Origin: Gammaproteobacteria bacterium
GTDB taxonomy: Bacteria; Pseudomonadota; Gammaproteobacteria; Chromatiales; Chromatiaceae
Reading direction: 5' to 3'
Assembly: GCA_009908845.1 (NCBI GenBank)
Contig: JAAAOQ010000221.1
Location: 13,048 to 77,047 of the forward strand
Length of the DNA stretch: 64,000 bases
Shown here one piece after another: positions 12,317-21,910 of this stretch; within the stretch, counting starts at the first letter, position 1; each line of letters opens with the position of its first letter. The notes under the pieces were generated by a model, which worked only from the letters and a program-made list of their open reading frames with translations, was not told the origin of the DNA and did no database searches. The translations under genes were made by a program, and so were the position numbers.

Positions 12317-12629
12317 CTGACAAGAGGCGCTGGTCGCGCGGGAACATCAGGCCCCTCGCCGAACTGCCTGGCGTGCATCGTTGATCTTCAGCAGGCTGGC
12401 GTTCGTTGCCTCGGTCAGTACGCCTCCGTTCGCGCTCATCCTGGAAGCGACAGTTGGTGGCCGCCAGGTCCAACTGCCGTTTCTGGGTGCCTATTTGTAG
12501 CAAAGGACGAAGGCATCCATCTGCTGAGGGGCTCAGCCTCTTCTAAGGTACCGCTCCTCCTGAACTGGCATTGATGCAATCCTGTTGGCCGAGCCAGCCA
12601 TTGCGGACGCACCTGCTGTTTGACCGCTA

Positions 12630-15600
12630 GTGAGATCGTTGTTGTCTACCTCTTACCACGAAGCCCGGGCCACCATTACCCATTGCCTGCTCAAGGATCG
12701 TCGTCGTTTACGAAGGAATCTAGAGCGTATTCCCTCTGCTGAGGTATCGGCCGCAGACGGCAGTGAGCGCTGGCGCGAGCTAGTGCGTGCCATCGAGCGC
12801 TCGCGCGCGGTGGTCGATGCCCGCGAGGCGCGTATCCCGAGCCCGATCCCATTTCCGCCAGAATTGCCCGTCAGCGAGCGCCGCGACGAGGTCGCGGCGC
12901 TGATTCGCGAGCACCAGGTGATCGTGCTCTGCGGCGAGACCGGCTCCGGCAAGTCGACCCAGCTGCCGAAGATCTGTCTCGAGCTCGGCCGAGGAGTCTT
13001 CGGGCGCATCGGCCATACCCAGCCGCGCCGGATCGCCGCGCGCAGCCTGGCCAGCCGGGTCGCGCAGGAGCTCGGCACCGAGCTCGGCGCGCCGGTCGGC
13101 TACAAGGTCCGCTTCCACGACCGCGTACGCGCCGAGACCGCGGTCAAGCTGATGACCGACGGCATCCTGCTGAACGAGATCCAGCACGACCGCTTCCTGA
13201 ATGAATACGACACCCTGATCATCGACGAGGCGCACGAGCGCAGCCTCAACATCGATTTCCTGCTCGGCTATCTGAAGCAGCTGCTGCCGAAGCGCCCAGA
13301 CCTGAAGCTGATCGTGACCTCGGCGACCATTGACCCGGAGCGCTTCGCCAAGCACTTCGCCGTGCCCGATGGCACCCCAGCGCCGATCATCAGCATCTCC
13401 GGGCGCACCTATCCGGTCGAGGTGCGCTACCGTCCACCCGAGGAGGCGCACGCCGGCGAGCGCGATGACGCGATGCAGCAGGGGATCTCTGACGCGGTCG
13501 CCGAACTGGCGCGCGAGGGGCCCGGCGATGTGCTGGTGTTCCTCTCCGGCGAGCGCGAGATCCGCGAGACCGCCGAGACCCTGCGCAAGCATCATCCACC
13601 GTCGACCGAGGTCTTGCCGCTGTTCGCGCGCCAGGGCCCGGCCGAGCAGGCGCGGGTGTTCCAGGCGCACGGGCGCCGCCGGGTGGTGCTGGCGACCAAT
13701 GTCGCCGAGACCTCGCTGACGGTGCCGGGCATCCACTACGTGGTCGACCCCGGCTTCGCCCGCATCAGCCGCTACAGCCATCGCAGCAAGGTGCAGCGGC
13801 TGCCGGTCGAGCGCATCTCGCAGGCCTCGGCCGACCAGCGCAAGGGCCGCTGCGGCCGGGTCGCCTCCGGTGTCTGCATCCGCCTCTACGATGAGGACAA
13901 CTTCACCGCTCGCGCCGCGCATACCGAGCCCGAGATCCGCCGCTCCAACCTGGCCGCGGTCATCCTGCAGATGAAGCAGCTCGGCTTCGGCGAGATCGAG
14001 CGCTTCCCGTTCGTCGATCCGCCCGATCCAAGGCTGATCTCGGATGGCTATCGGACCTTGGAGGAGCTGGCCGCGATCGACGGCGATGGCGCGCTGACCC
14101 CGATCGGCAAGCAGCTCGCGCGCCTGCCGGTCGACCCGCGCATCGGCCGCATGCTGCTCGCTGGCGCCGCGCACCACTGCCAGCATGAGCTGACCATCAT
14201 CGCCGCGGCGCTCGCGGTGCAGGACCCACGCGAGCGTCCGCTCGAGCAGCAGCAGGCCGCCGACGAGATCCACGCGACCTTCCGCCATCCCGAGTCCGAT
14301 TTCCTCGGCTTCCTCAATCTCTGGGATTTCCTCGACAAGGAGCGCCGCCATCTGACCCGGCGCAAATACCAGCGCCTGTGCAAGAACCATTTCCTGTCCT
14401 GGAATCGGGTGCAGGAGTGGCGGGACACCCAGATCCAACTGCATGAGCTGATGGCCGAGCTGGGCTATCGCGATAAGCTCGACGGTCACCAGGGCGAGGG
14501 TGCGGGTCAGAACCTGGGCAAGAACGCCGGCAAGAACGCGGATCAGGGCTCAGGTTCGAAAGCCGGCAAGAAACCTCACAAGGAAGTAGGCGGGCATAGG
14601 AGCCAGAATCGGAGCCAGCAAGCGGGCCAACCTGCGAGTCATCAGGAAGCAGGGGAGCCTCTGGGTCAAAACCAGAGCCAGAACGCGGGCAAGCCCCCGA
14701 GCCGTCGCCCGGTCAAGCATCAGGCCGAAGGCACCTATGAAGAGGTCCATCGGGCCCTGCTGACCGGTCTGCTCAGCACCATCGGCCGCAAGGACGAGCA
14801 GCGCGAGTATCAGGGCGCGCGCGGCGGCCGCTTCTATATCCACCCGGGCTCGACGCTGTTCGAGGCGACACCGAAGTGGATCGTCTGCGCCGAGCGGGTC
14901 GAGACCACCCGCGATTTCGGGCGCATCTGCGCCAAGGTCCAACCGGGCTGGATCGAGCAGGCCGGGGCGCACCTGCTCAAGCGCAGTTGGTCCGAGCCGC
15001 ACTGGCAGTCGCGCGCCGGCCAGGTCGCCGCATTCGAGACCGTGACCCTCTACGGCATCACCCTGTTCAGCCGCCGCCGCGTTAACTATGGCCCGATCAA
15101 TCCGGCCGAGGCGCGCGAGGTCTTCCTGCGCTCGGCGCTGGTCGAGGGCGACTTCGAGACCCGCGCGCCGTTCTGGCGGCACAATCAGGAGCTGATCGCC
15201 GAGGTGCACGCGCTCGAGGCCAAGTCGCGCCGGCGCGACATCCTGGTCGACGAGGAGGCGATCTACGCCTTCTACAACGAGCGGGTGCCGTCCGGGATCT
15301 ACTCCAAGCCCCAATTCGAGCGCTGGCTGCGCAAGGCGACGCGTCAGCAACCGAAGCTGCTGCACATGGACCTCGGGCAGGTGATGCAGCACGATGCCGG
15401 TGCGATCACCCCGCAGCGCTTCCCGGATGCCTTGACCATCGGCGCGACCGAGCTACCGCTGGAGTATCGCTTCGAGCCCGGCCATGAGGCCGATGGCGTG
15501 ACGCTGGTGCTGCCGCAGGTGCTGATCAATCAGGTTGCGCCCGAGCGGCTCGACTGGCTGGTGCCAGGCCTGCTCGCCGATCGGATCACGGCCATGCTGC

Positions 15601-17312
15601 GCGGCCTGCCGAAGACATTGCGGCGCGCGTTCGTGCCGATCCCGGAGACCGCCGAGCGGGTCGCCGCGCGGCTTCAAGCCTCGGATCGGCCGTTGATCCA
15701 GGCCCTGGGCGAGGAGTTGAGGGCGCTCACCGGCGAGCAGGTGCCCGAGGATGCCTGGGACCTGGATGCGCTGCCGCCCCATCTGCGCATGCACCTGAAG
15801 CTGATCGACGGCGAGGGCAAGCAGATCGCGCGCGGCGATGACCTGATCGCGCTCAAGCGCCGCTATGGTGATGGCAGCGTGGCTGCGGGCTCGCTGGCGG
15901 CGGCTGGGCTCGCCGGCAGGGGCACCGCATCTGGAATTGGCGCTGGAGGTGGCGCTGTAGGTGACGCTGGGACTGCGGCTGGAACGGGCGCCGTGTCTGG
16001 GGCCGGCGGGGGCTCCGGGGTCGCCGCTGGCGGTCCAACCGGCTGGGGGCACGCGATCGAGCGTGATGGGATCACGCGCTGGGATTTCGGCGCGCTGCCG
16101 GATCATCTCGATCTGGACCGCGGCGGTATCCGCATCCGCGGCTGGCCGGCGCTGCTGGATCAGGGCGACGCGGTTGCGATCCGGGTGCTCGACTCGGAGT
16201 CGCGTGCTGCGACCGCGATGCGCGCCGGATTGCGCCGGCTGATCATGCTGACCCTTGGAACCGATCTGCGCTATCTGCGCCGCAACCTCTGCGAAGGCGA
16301 GGGCGGCATCGACCGGATGCGGTTGCAATACGCCAAGGCGCCGCAGCCGACAGTCCCGCTCGGTGACCCGAATCGCCGTGATGCGGGTGCTGGCGAAGGG
16401 CGTACGCGCGGGACGGGGCCGGCATCAGCGCCTGCCGGGGCGGGATCGGCGTCTGCGGGGTCGGCATCAACGCCGGCTTCAGGCCGGCGCGCCGACGCAG
16501 CGGATGCCAGCATCAAGGCCGTCGGGGCACAGGTGTCTTCCGACTCGGCGGCGGCCGCAGCTGGCGCACTGAGTGCAGCCGTCTGGCAGGGGACGACTCC
16601 CAAAGCACGCAAGCGCGGCAAGAAGAAGGGCAAGGGTAGCGGCAAGGGGCCAGGCACGACGAGCGCGGCTGGGGCGGCGGCGACGCCGGGCGGTGCTGGG
16701 GCCAAGACCAGCGCGGCCGCGGCCGTCGACCTGAGCGATGAGCTGATCGCACTGATCCTCGATCTGACCTTCACCGAGGGCCAGCCGCCGATCCGCGACC
16801 AGGCGAGCTTCGAGCAACGGTTGACGACGAACAAGCCGCGGCTGATCTCGGTCGCGCAAGAGGTCTGCGCCCTGGTGTCGACCATCCTCGGCACCTACCA
16901 GGCGCTGCGCAAACGCCTCGCCGGGATCACCCAGATCAACTGGATGCCGTCGGTGCTGGATATGCAGGCGCAGCTGGATGCATTGGTCTTCCGTGGCTTC
17001 CTTACCGCGGTGCCATTCGAGCGTCTGCGCGACTATCCGCGTTATCTGAAGGCGCTCGATCAGCGCGCCGAGAAGCTGCCCTCGGCGGCGAGCCGGGACC
17101 GCGACCGGATGCAGGAGATGGCGCCGCTGCTCGAGCGTTGGCGCGAACGCCGTGCCGCCGCAATGGCGGCGGAACGCGAGGACGAGCGCCTCGATGAGAT
17201 CCGCTGGATGCTCGAGGAGCTGCGCGTCTCGCTGTTCGCGCAGCAGTTGGGCACGGCCTATCCGGTCTCGGTCAAGCGCGTCGAGCGGCGCTGGCGTGAG
17301 CTGGGGCTATGA
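12630..17312 (+). CDS. hrpA: ATP-dependent RNA helicase HrpA with three large low-complexity insertions
   Basis: GETGSGKST, DEAH, SAT and QRKGRCGR motifs; C-terminal EELRVSLFAQQLGT. Confidence 0.95.
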   Translation: MRSLLSTSYHEARATITHCLLKDRRRLRRNLERIPSAEVSAADGSERWRELVRAIERSRAVVDAREARIPSPIPFPPELPVSERRDEVAALIREHQVIVLCGETGSGKSTQLPKICLELGRGVFGRIGHTQPRRIAARSLASRVAQELGTELGAPVGYKVRFHDRVRAETAVKLMTDGILLNEIQHDRFLNEYDTLIIDEAHERSLNIDFLLGYLKQLLPKRPDLKLIVTSATIDPERFAKHFAVPDGTPAPIISISGRTYPVEVRYRPPEEAHAGERDDAMQQGISDAVAELAREGPGDVLVFLSGEREIRETAETLRKHHPPSTEVLPLFARQGPAEQARVFQAHGRRRVVLATNVAETSLTVPGIHYVVDPGFARISRYSHRSKVQRLPVERISQASADQRKGRCGRVASGVCIRLYDEDNFTARAAHTEPEIRRSNLAAVILQMKQLGFGEIERFPFVDPPDPRLISDGYRTLEELAAIDGDGALTPIGKQLARLPVDPRIGRMLLAGAAHHCQHELTIIAAALAVQDPRERPLEQQQAADEIHATFRHPESDFLGFLNLWDFLDKERRHLTRRKYQRLCKNHFLSWNRVQEWRDTQIQLHELMAELGYRDKLDGHQGEGAGQNLGKNAGKNADQGSGSKAGKKPHKEVGGHRSQNRSQQAGQPASHQEAGEPLGQNQSQNAGKPPSRRPVKHQAEGTYEEVHRALLTGLLSTIGRKDEQREYQGARGGRFYIHPGSTLFEATPKWIVCAERVETTRDFGRICAKVQPGWIEQAGAHLLKRSWSEPHWQSRAGQVAAFETVTLYGITLFSRRRVNYGPINPAEAREVFLRSALVEGDFETRAPFWRHNQELIAEVHALEAKSRRRDILVDEEAIYAFYNERVPSGIYSKPQFERWLRKATRQQPKLLHMDLGQVMQHDAGAITPQRFPDALTIGATELPLEYRFEPGHEADGVTLVLPQVLINQVAPERLDWLVPGLLADRITAMLRGLPKTLRRAFVPIPETAERVAARLQASDRPLIQALGEELRALTGEQVPEDAWDLDALPPHLRMHLKLIDGEGKQIARGDDLIALKRRYGDGSVAAGSLAAAGLAGRGTASGIGAGGGAVGDAGTAAGTGAVSGAGGGSGVAAGGPTGWGHAIERDGITRWDFGALPDHLDLDRGGIRIRGWPALLDQGDAVAIRVLDSESRAATAMRAGLRRLIMLTLGTDLRYLRRNLCEGEGGIDRMRLQYAKAPQPTVPLGDPNRRDAGAGEGRTRGTGPASAPAGAGSASAGSASTPASGRRADAADASIKAVGAQVSSDSAAAAAGALSAAVWQGTTPKARKRGKKKGKGSGKGPGTTSAAGAAATPGGAGAKTSAAAAVDLSDELIALILDLTFTEGQPPIRDQASFEQRLTTNKPRLISVAQEVCALVSTILGTYQALRKRLAGITQINWMPSVLDMQAQLDALVFRGFLTAVPFERLRDYPRYLKALDQRAEKLPSAASRDRDRMQEMAPLLERWRERRAAAMAAEREDERLDEIRWMLEELRVSLFAQQLGTAYPVSVKRVERRWRELGL

Positions 17313-17407
17313 TTGGCAGGCGCTTGCGCCTGATCCCAGAGGTGGCTGGACAGCCGATCGGGCCGATGCCAGTCTAGCGAAAGCGTGATGTCAGGAAGTG
17401 ATCCCCC

Positions 17408-17866
17408 ATGAGTGTTGCACTCGAGCTCTATGAGCAGCTTTCCGATGCGGCCGATGATCAGGCGCGCTTCCAGCTGATCGCCCACGCGATCGGTCGGCTC
17501 GAAGAGGCCTGGCCACGCGCCAGTGAGGTCGCCACCGCACAGGACGTGCGTGAATCCGAGTTGCGGTTGCAGAAAGAAATCGAGGAGGTCCGCAAGGAGA
17601 TCGAGGCACTTCGTGGCGAGTTGAACAAGGACGTCGAGGTTGTTCGTGGCGAGAACAAGGAGATGGAGCTGCGGCTGCAAAAAGAGATCAAGCAGGTCGA
17701 GCTGCAGGTCCAAGAGGTGCGTGTCGAGGTTCAGGAAGCCAGGGTGGAGATCAAGGCAACCGAGGCCAGTCTGCGCACCGCCATCCATCGCCAGACGCTC
17801 TGGTTGGTCGGCGCCGTGGGGGCGGTGGTTGGCTTCATCCGGATGTTGGAGTGGCTCTTTCCATAG
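17408..17866 (+). CDS. Coiled-coil protein with C-terminal TM helix (DUF1640/CCDC90-like)
   Basis: VATAQDV motif, repeated ELRLQKEI heptads, C-terminal hydrophobic helix. Confidence 0.75.
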   Translation: MSVALELYEQLSDAADDQARFQLIAHAIGRLEEAWPRASEVATAQDVRESELRLQKEIEEVRKEIEALRGELNKDVEVVRGENKEMELRLQKEIKQVELQVQEVRVEVQEARVEIKATEASLRTAIHRQTLWLVGAVGAVVGFIRMLEWLFP

Positions 17867-17958
17867 GGGAGTTTAACCAACAACGTGCAGCAGAACGCTC
17901 CGCTTCGCGGCCAAGAGTACCTAGCCGGCCTTGCGCAATCTCTGCGGAGCCTTTGCGC

Positions 17959-18013
17959 TAATGCGCATGGCACGGTACCACCCCGGACGATGCATCCGGC
18001 GTGATTCACGGTA
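17959..18013. mobile_element. MITE family B, copy 2
   Basis: 55 bp, TA-bounded, GCATGGCACGGTACCACCCCGGACGATG...CGTGATTCACGGTA matches 5105-5159. Confidence 0.72.
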
Positions 18014-18065
18014 GTGCCCTTGGCACGCTGCCACCCGGACGGTCGATTCTGCGGGATTCAAGGTA
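18012..18065. mobile_element. MITE family B, degenerate copy 3
   Basis: TGGCACGCTGCCACCCGGACG...GCGGGATTCAAGGTA. Shares a TA with both neighbours. Confidence 0.55.
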
Positions 18066-18156
18066 TAGCCATTTCGCCTGATCGCCGGACAGAAAGCGCC
18101 GGAACAGTCAGCACCGATGGGCTCAGCCTGTCCGGAAACCAGGGCGAGTGACTATA
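18064..18156. mobile_element. MITE family C, copy 2
   Basis: Near-identical to 10638-10730. Ends 27 bp before the rimO start. Confidence 0.85.
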
Positions 18157-18183
18157 ATCGCTTAGCACATCCAGGCTTCTGAT

Positions 18184-19509
18184 ATGAGATCCATCCCTAA
18201 GGTCGGCTTCGTCAGTCTCGGCTGCCCGAAGGCGACGGTCGACTCCGAGCGCATCCTGACCCGGCTGCGGGCCGACGGTTATCAGATCGCGCCTGATTAC
18301 GCCGCGGCCGATCTGGTCGTCGTCAACACCTGCGGCTTCATCGATGCCGCGGTCGACGAGTCGCTGGACGTGATTGGCGAGGCCCTGGACGAACATGGCC
18401 GGGTGATCGTCACCGGCTGCCTGGGCGCCCGGGCCGACGTGATCCGCGACGCGCATCCCGAGGTCTTGGCCGTGACCGGTCCGCAGGCCGAGGATGCGGT
18501 GATGGAGGCCGTCCAGACGCATCTGCCGCGCCCGGCGCACGATCCCTTGCTGGACCTGGTGCCGCCGCAGGGGATCAAGCTGACCCCGGCCCACTACGCC
18601 TATATCAAGATCAGCGAGGGCTGTAATCATCGCTGCCGTTTCTGCATCATCCCGAGCATGCGCGGCGACCTGGTCAGCCGGCCAATCGGCGGCATCCTCG
18701 ACGAGGCGCGCGGACTGGTCGAGACTGGCGTGCGCGAGCTGCTGGTGATCTCGCAGGACACCAGTGCCTACGGGCTGGATACTCGGTATCGGACCGACTT
18801 CTGGCAGGGGAAGCCGCTGAAGACCGATATCGAGACCCTGGCGCGTACCCTCGGCGAGCTGCAGGCATGGATTCGGCTGCACTACGTCTATCCCTATCCG
18901 CAGGTCGACCGGCTGATCCCGCTGATGGCCGACGAGCTGATCCTGCCCTATCTGGACATGCCACTGCAGCACGGCAGCCCGTCGGTGCTGAAGGCGATGC
19001 GTCGGCCGGCGGCGACCGAGCAGGTCCTCGAGCGGCTCGCCGACTGGCGCCGGATCTGTCCCGAGCTGGTCTTGCGCAGCACCTTTATCGTCGGCTTCCC
19101 AGGCGAGACCGACGCCGATTTCGAGCAGCTATTGGCCTTCCTGCGCGAGGCCCAGTTGGATCGGGTCGGCTGCTTCAGCTACTCGCCGGTCGCGGGCGCG
19201 GCAGCCAATGCGTTGCCCGATCCCGTGCCGGACACGCTCAAGGAAGAACGCCACGAACGTTTCATGGCGGTTCAGGCCGAGATCAGCCGTGCCAAGCTGG
19301 CGGCGCGCATCGGCAGGCGCGAGATCGTGCTGGTCGACGAGGTGCTGGAAGAGCGGGTGATCGCGCGCAGCCATGCCGATGCGCCCGAGATCGATGGGGC
19401 CGTGATCATCGATGGCGCCTGGGAGCTGGACCCGGGCGATTTCATTGAGGTCGAGATCACCGCCAGCGATGAGCACGACCTCTATGCCGAGCCGGTGACC
19501 GCGCGCTAG
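18184..19509 (+). CDS. rimO: Ribosomal protein S12 methylthiotransferase RimO
   Basis: [16 protein letters not shown], radical [11 protein letters not shown] motif, C-terminal TRAM domain (DAPEIDG). Confidence 0.96.
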   Translation: MRSIPKVGFVSLGCPKATVDSERILTRLRADGYQIAPDYAAADLVVVNTCGFIDAAVDESLDVIGEALDEHGRVIVTGCLGARADVIRDAHPEVLAVTGPQAEDAVMEAVQTHLPRPAHDPLLDLVPPQGIKLTPAHYAYIKISEGCNHRCRFCIIPSMRGDLVSRPIGGILDEARGLVETGVRELLVISQDTSAYGLDTRYRTDFWQGKPLKTDIETLARTLGELQAWIRLHYVYPYPQVDRLIPLMADELILPYLDMPLQHGSPSVLKAMRRPAATEQVLERLADWRRICPELVLRSTFIVGFPGETDADFEQLLAFLREAQLDRVGCFSYSPVAGAAANALPDPVPDTLKEERHERFMAVQAEISRAKLAARIGRREIVLVDEVLEERVIARSHADAPEIDGAVIIDGAWELDPGDFIEVEITASDEHDLYAEPVTAR

Positions 19510-19510
19510 A

Positions 19511-21649
19511 TTGCTTGAGGGCGCCAAATTCTCTCAGATCAAACGATCCGCGGCCTGGGTCGCGATCGGGTTGGTCGGCCTCGTCATACTGGCGATGGGC
19601 GGTTGGCTGCTGATCGAGCGTACCCTGAGCAGCGCCGAGCCGGTGTCGCTCGAGGTTCCATGCTCGCCGGTCGTGCTGGACCGCAATGGCCGCTTGCTGC
19701 GGGCCTTCACCGTCGCCGATGGGCGCTGGCGCTTGCCGATCTCGCGTGGTGAGGTCGATCCGCTCTACCTGCAGATGCTGCTGGGCTACGAGGATCGGCG
19801 GTTCTATGCCCATTCTGGAGTCGACATCCGGGCGCTGGCGCGAGCTGCCTGGCAGATGCTGCGACATAGGCGCATCGTCTCCGGCGGCTCAACCCTGACC
19901 ATGCAGGTGGTCCGGCTCCGTCTCGGGCTGGCGACGGGCTCGTTCGACGATAAATGGCGCCAATTGATCGGGGCGTTGGCGCTTGAGCGCCACGTCGACA
20001 AAGGTCGGGTGCTCGACGCCTATCTGAACCTGGCGCCATTCGGCGGCAATCTCGAGGGGGTGCGCGCCGCGGCGCTGGCCTGGTTCGGACGTGAGCCGGC
20101 GCGCCTGACGCCGGCGCAGGCGGCGCTGCTGGTAGCCTTGCCGCAGGCCCCGGAACAGCGCCGGCCGGATCGCTTTCCGGAGGCGGCGCGGCGCGGACGC
20201 GACCGGGTGCTCGCGCGCGCCGAGGCGCTTGGGCTGATTGATGCCGACGCCGCCGCGGCGGCGCGGCGTGAGCCGATCCCGACCAAGCGGCGCCCCTTCC
20301 CATTGCTCGCGCCGCATCTGACGCGGCGCCTCGTCGCTTCGGCGCCAGTGGCTTCTGCGGTGGCTGATGAGCACCGACTGACCCTCAATGCCGAGCTGCA
20401 GCAGCGTCTCGAGGCGCTGGCCGCAGAGCAGGCCGCGCGTCTTCCCGACGCGGTATCGGTGGCGCTTCTGGCGGCCGATTACCGCAGCGGCGAGGTGCTT
20501 GCGAGCGTCGGCTCGGCGGACCTGCTCGACCGCGAGCGCGACGGCTTCGTCGATATGACCCGTGCGCCGCGCTCGCCCGGCTCGACCCTGAAACCCATGA
20601 TCTACGGGCTGGCATTCGAGCTCGGTCTGGCGCATCCGGAGAGCTTGATCGAGGATCGCCCGAGCGCGTTCGGTGGCTATGTCCCCGAGAACTTCGATCG
20701 CGGGTTCCAGGGCACGGTCACGGTGCGCAGCGCGCTGCAACAGTCATTGAATGTCCCGGCCGTGACCTTGCTCGAGCGCGTTGGCCCAGCGCGGCTGCTT
20801 GCGCGCCTTAGACGTGCCGGGGCTCAGCCCGCGCTGCCAGCCGCGGCGTCCGGTCCGGCGGGGCTCGCGATCGGGCTCGGCGGGCTCGGGCTGACGCTAA
20901 AGGAGCTCGTGGCCCTCTATGCGGCGATCGCCAATGGCGGCCAGCCGGTCCACCTGCGGGAGCGGCTCGTGGCTCAAGACGATGCCGCTGCCCAACGACG
21001 CGATGCAGCGGACAGGTCGGCAAACCCGGTGCTCGAGGAGCGCGCGGCTTGGTATCTCGGCTCGATTCTCTCCGGCGCGGGCCGTCTCGATCAGCACAGC
21101 GACGGGGTCGCGATCAAGACCGGGACGTCTTATGGCTATCGCGATGCCTGGGCGCTTGGCTACGACGGTGCGCATGTGGTCGGTGTCTGGGCGGGCCGCT
21201 CCGATGGCGCTGCGGTGCCGGGCCTGACCGGGGGCGATGCCGCTGTGCCGATCCTGCGCCATGCCTTCGCGCGAATCGGCAAACAGGTACCACTGCCGGG
21301 GCCGCCGAATGGAGTGCTGTTCGCGTCGACTGCCCAACTGCCGCGCCCCTTGCAGCGCGTTGCCGACGAGACCACGGAGTCCGGTCGAGAGGGGCCTGCT
21401 ATTGCCTTCCCGCCGGACGGGGCGCGCATCGATCTCGTGGGCGGGTCCGCCGGCAGCAATGTGCAGGCGCTGGTGCTCAAGGTCCGCAACGGGCGCCCAC
21501 CGTTCCTCTGGCTCGCCAACGGTGTGCCGATTGCGCGCGAGCCCTATGCCCGGGTCGCACGGTGGCAGCCGGACGGCACCGGTTTCGCGACCATTGCCGT
21601 TGTCGATGCCGATGGCCGTTCAAGCCAGGTCAGCGTGGAGCTTCAGTGA
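19511..21649 (+). CDS. pbpC: Penicillin-binding protein 1C
   Basis: EDRRFY and GGSTLTMQ transglycosylase motifs, SPGSTLKP (SxxK), SLN, KTGTS, C-terminal BiPBP_C-like domain. Confidence 0.92.
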   Translation: MLEGAKFSQIKRSAAWVAIGLVGLVILAMGGWLLIERTLSSAEPVSLEVPCSPVVLDRNGRLLRAFTVADGRWRLPISRGEVDPLYLQMLLGYEDRRFYAHSGVDIRALARAAWQMLRHRRIVSGGSTLTMQVVRLRLGLATGSFDDKWRQLIGALALERHVDKGRVLDAYLNLAPFGGNLEGVRAAALAWFGREPARLTPAQAALLVALPQAPEQRRPDRFPEAARRGRDRVLARAEALGLIDADAAAAARREPIPTKRRPFPLLAPHLTRRLVASAPVASAVADEHRLTLNAELQQRLEALAAEQAARLPDAVSVALLAADYRSGEVLASVGSADLLDRERDGFVDMTRAPRSPGSTLKPMIYGLAFELGLAHPESLIEDRPSAFGGYVPENFDRGFQGTVTVRSALQQSLNVPAVTLLERVGPARLLARLRRAGAQPALPAAASGPAGLAIGLGGLGLTLKELVALYAAIANGGQPVHLRERLVAQDDAAAQRRDAADRSANPVLEERAAWYLGSILSGAGRLDQHSDGVAIKTGTSYGYRDAWALGYDGAHVVGVWAGRSDGAAVPGLTGGDAAVPILRHAFARIGKQVPLPGPPNGVLFASTAQLPRPLQRVADETTESGREGPAIAFPPDGARIDLVGGSAGSNVQALVLKVRNGRPPFLWLANGVPIAREPYARVARWQPDGTGFATIAVVDADGRSSQVSVELQ

Positions 21650-21910
21650 TGTCTTGCCGGTCCGATCTTCCGGATCGGCTCAACAAATCAGCAAGGTTCA
21701 CCCTCTGCAGACAGGTAGAGACAGCCAAAGGATCAATGGGTCATGCCCGATTCTCGGACAATCCGTCTTGAAGGGAGCGGGCTTGCGTGGCAAGGCTCAA
21801 GGCCGGCGACCTGACCGATCGTTTGGCTCAGGTCACTCCGGCGGATGGGGGGCAGCCAGGAAGATAACGGTGCGGAACCGCTCAGGGCGCATGCGAACCC
21901 AGGAATGCGA

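Noticed and set aside
12442-12484. Imperfect hairpin between uspA and hrpA as terminator or REP
   Set aside because: Single copy, long loop, weak U tract; cannot be assigned.
14482-16725. Inteins in HrpA, PurL or DnaE
   Set aside because: Inserts are low-complexity and lack intein splice-junction residues and homing-endonuclease motifs.
17867-17958. Integron attC-like sites after small genes (also 42634-42710 and 59210-59280)
   Set aside because: AAC/GTT-like ends are present but arm complementarity is poor and there is no integrase or cassette array. An IntegronFinder run would be decisive.
17959-18156. CRISPR array
   Set aside because: Units are 54-93 bp with terminal inverted repeats and no unique spacers; no cas genes.
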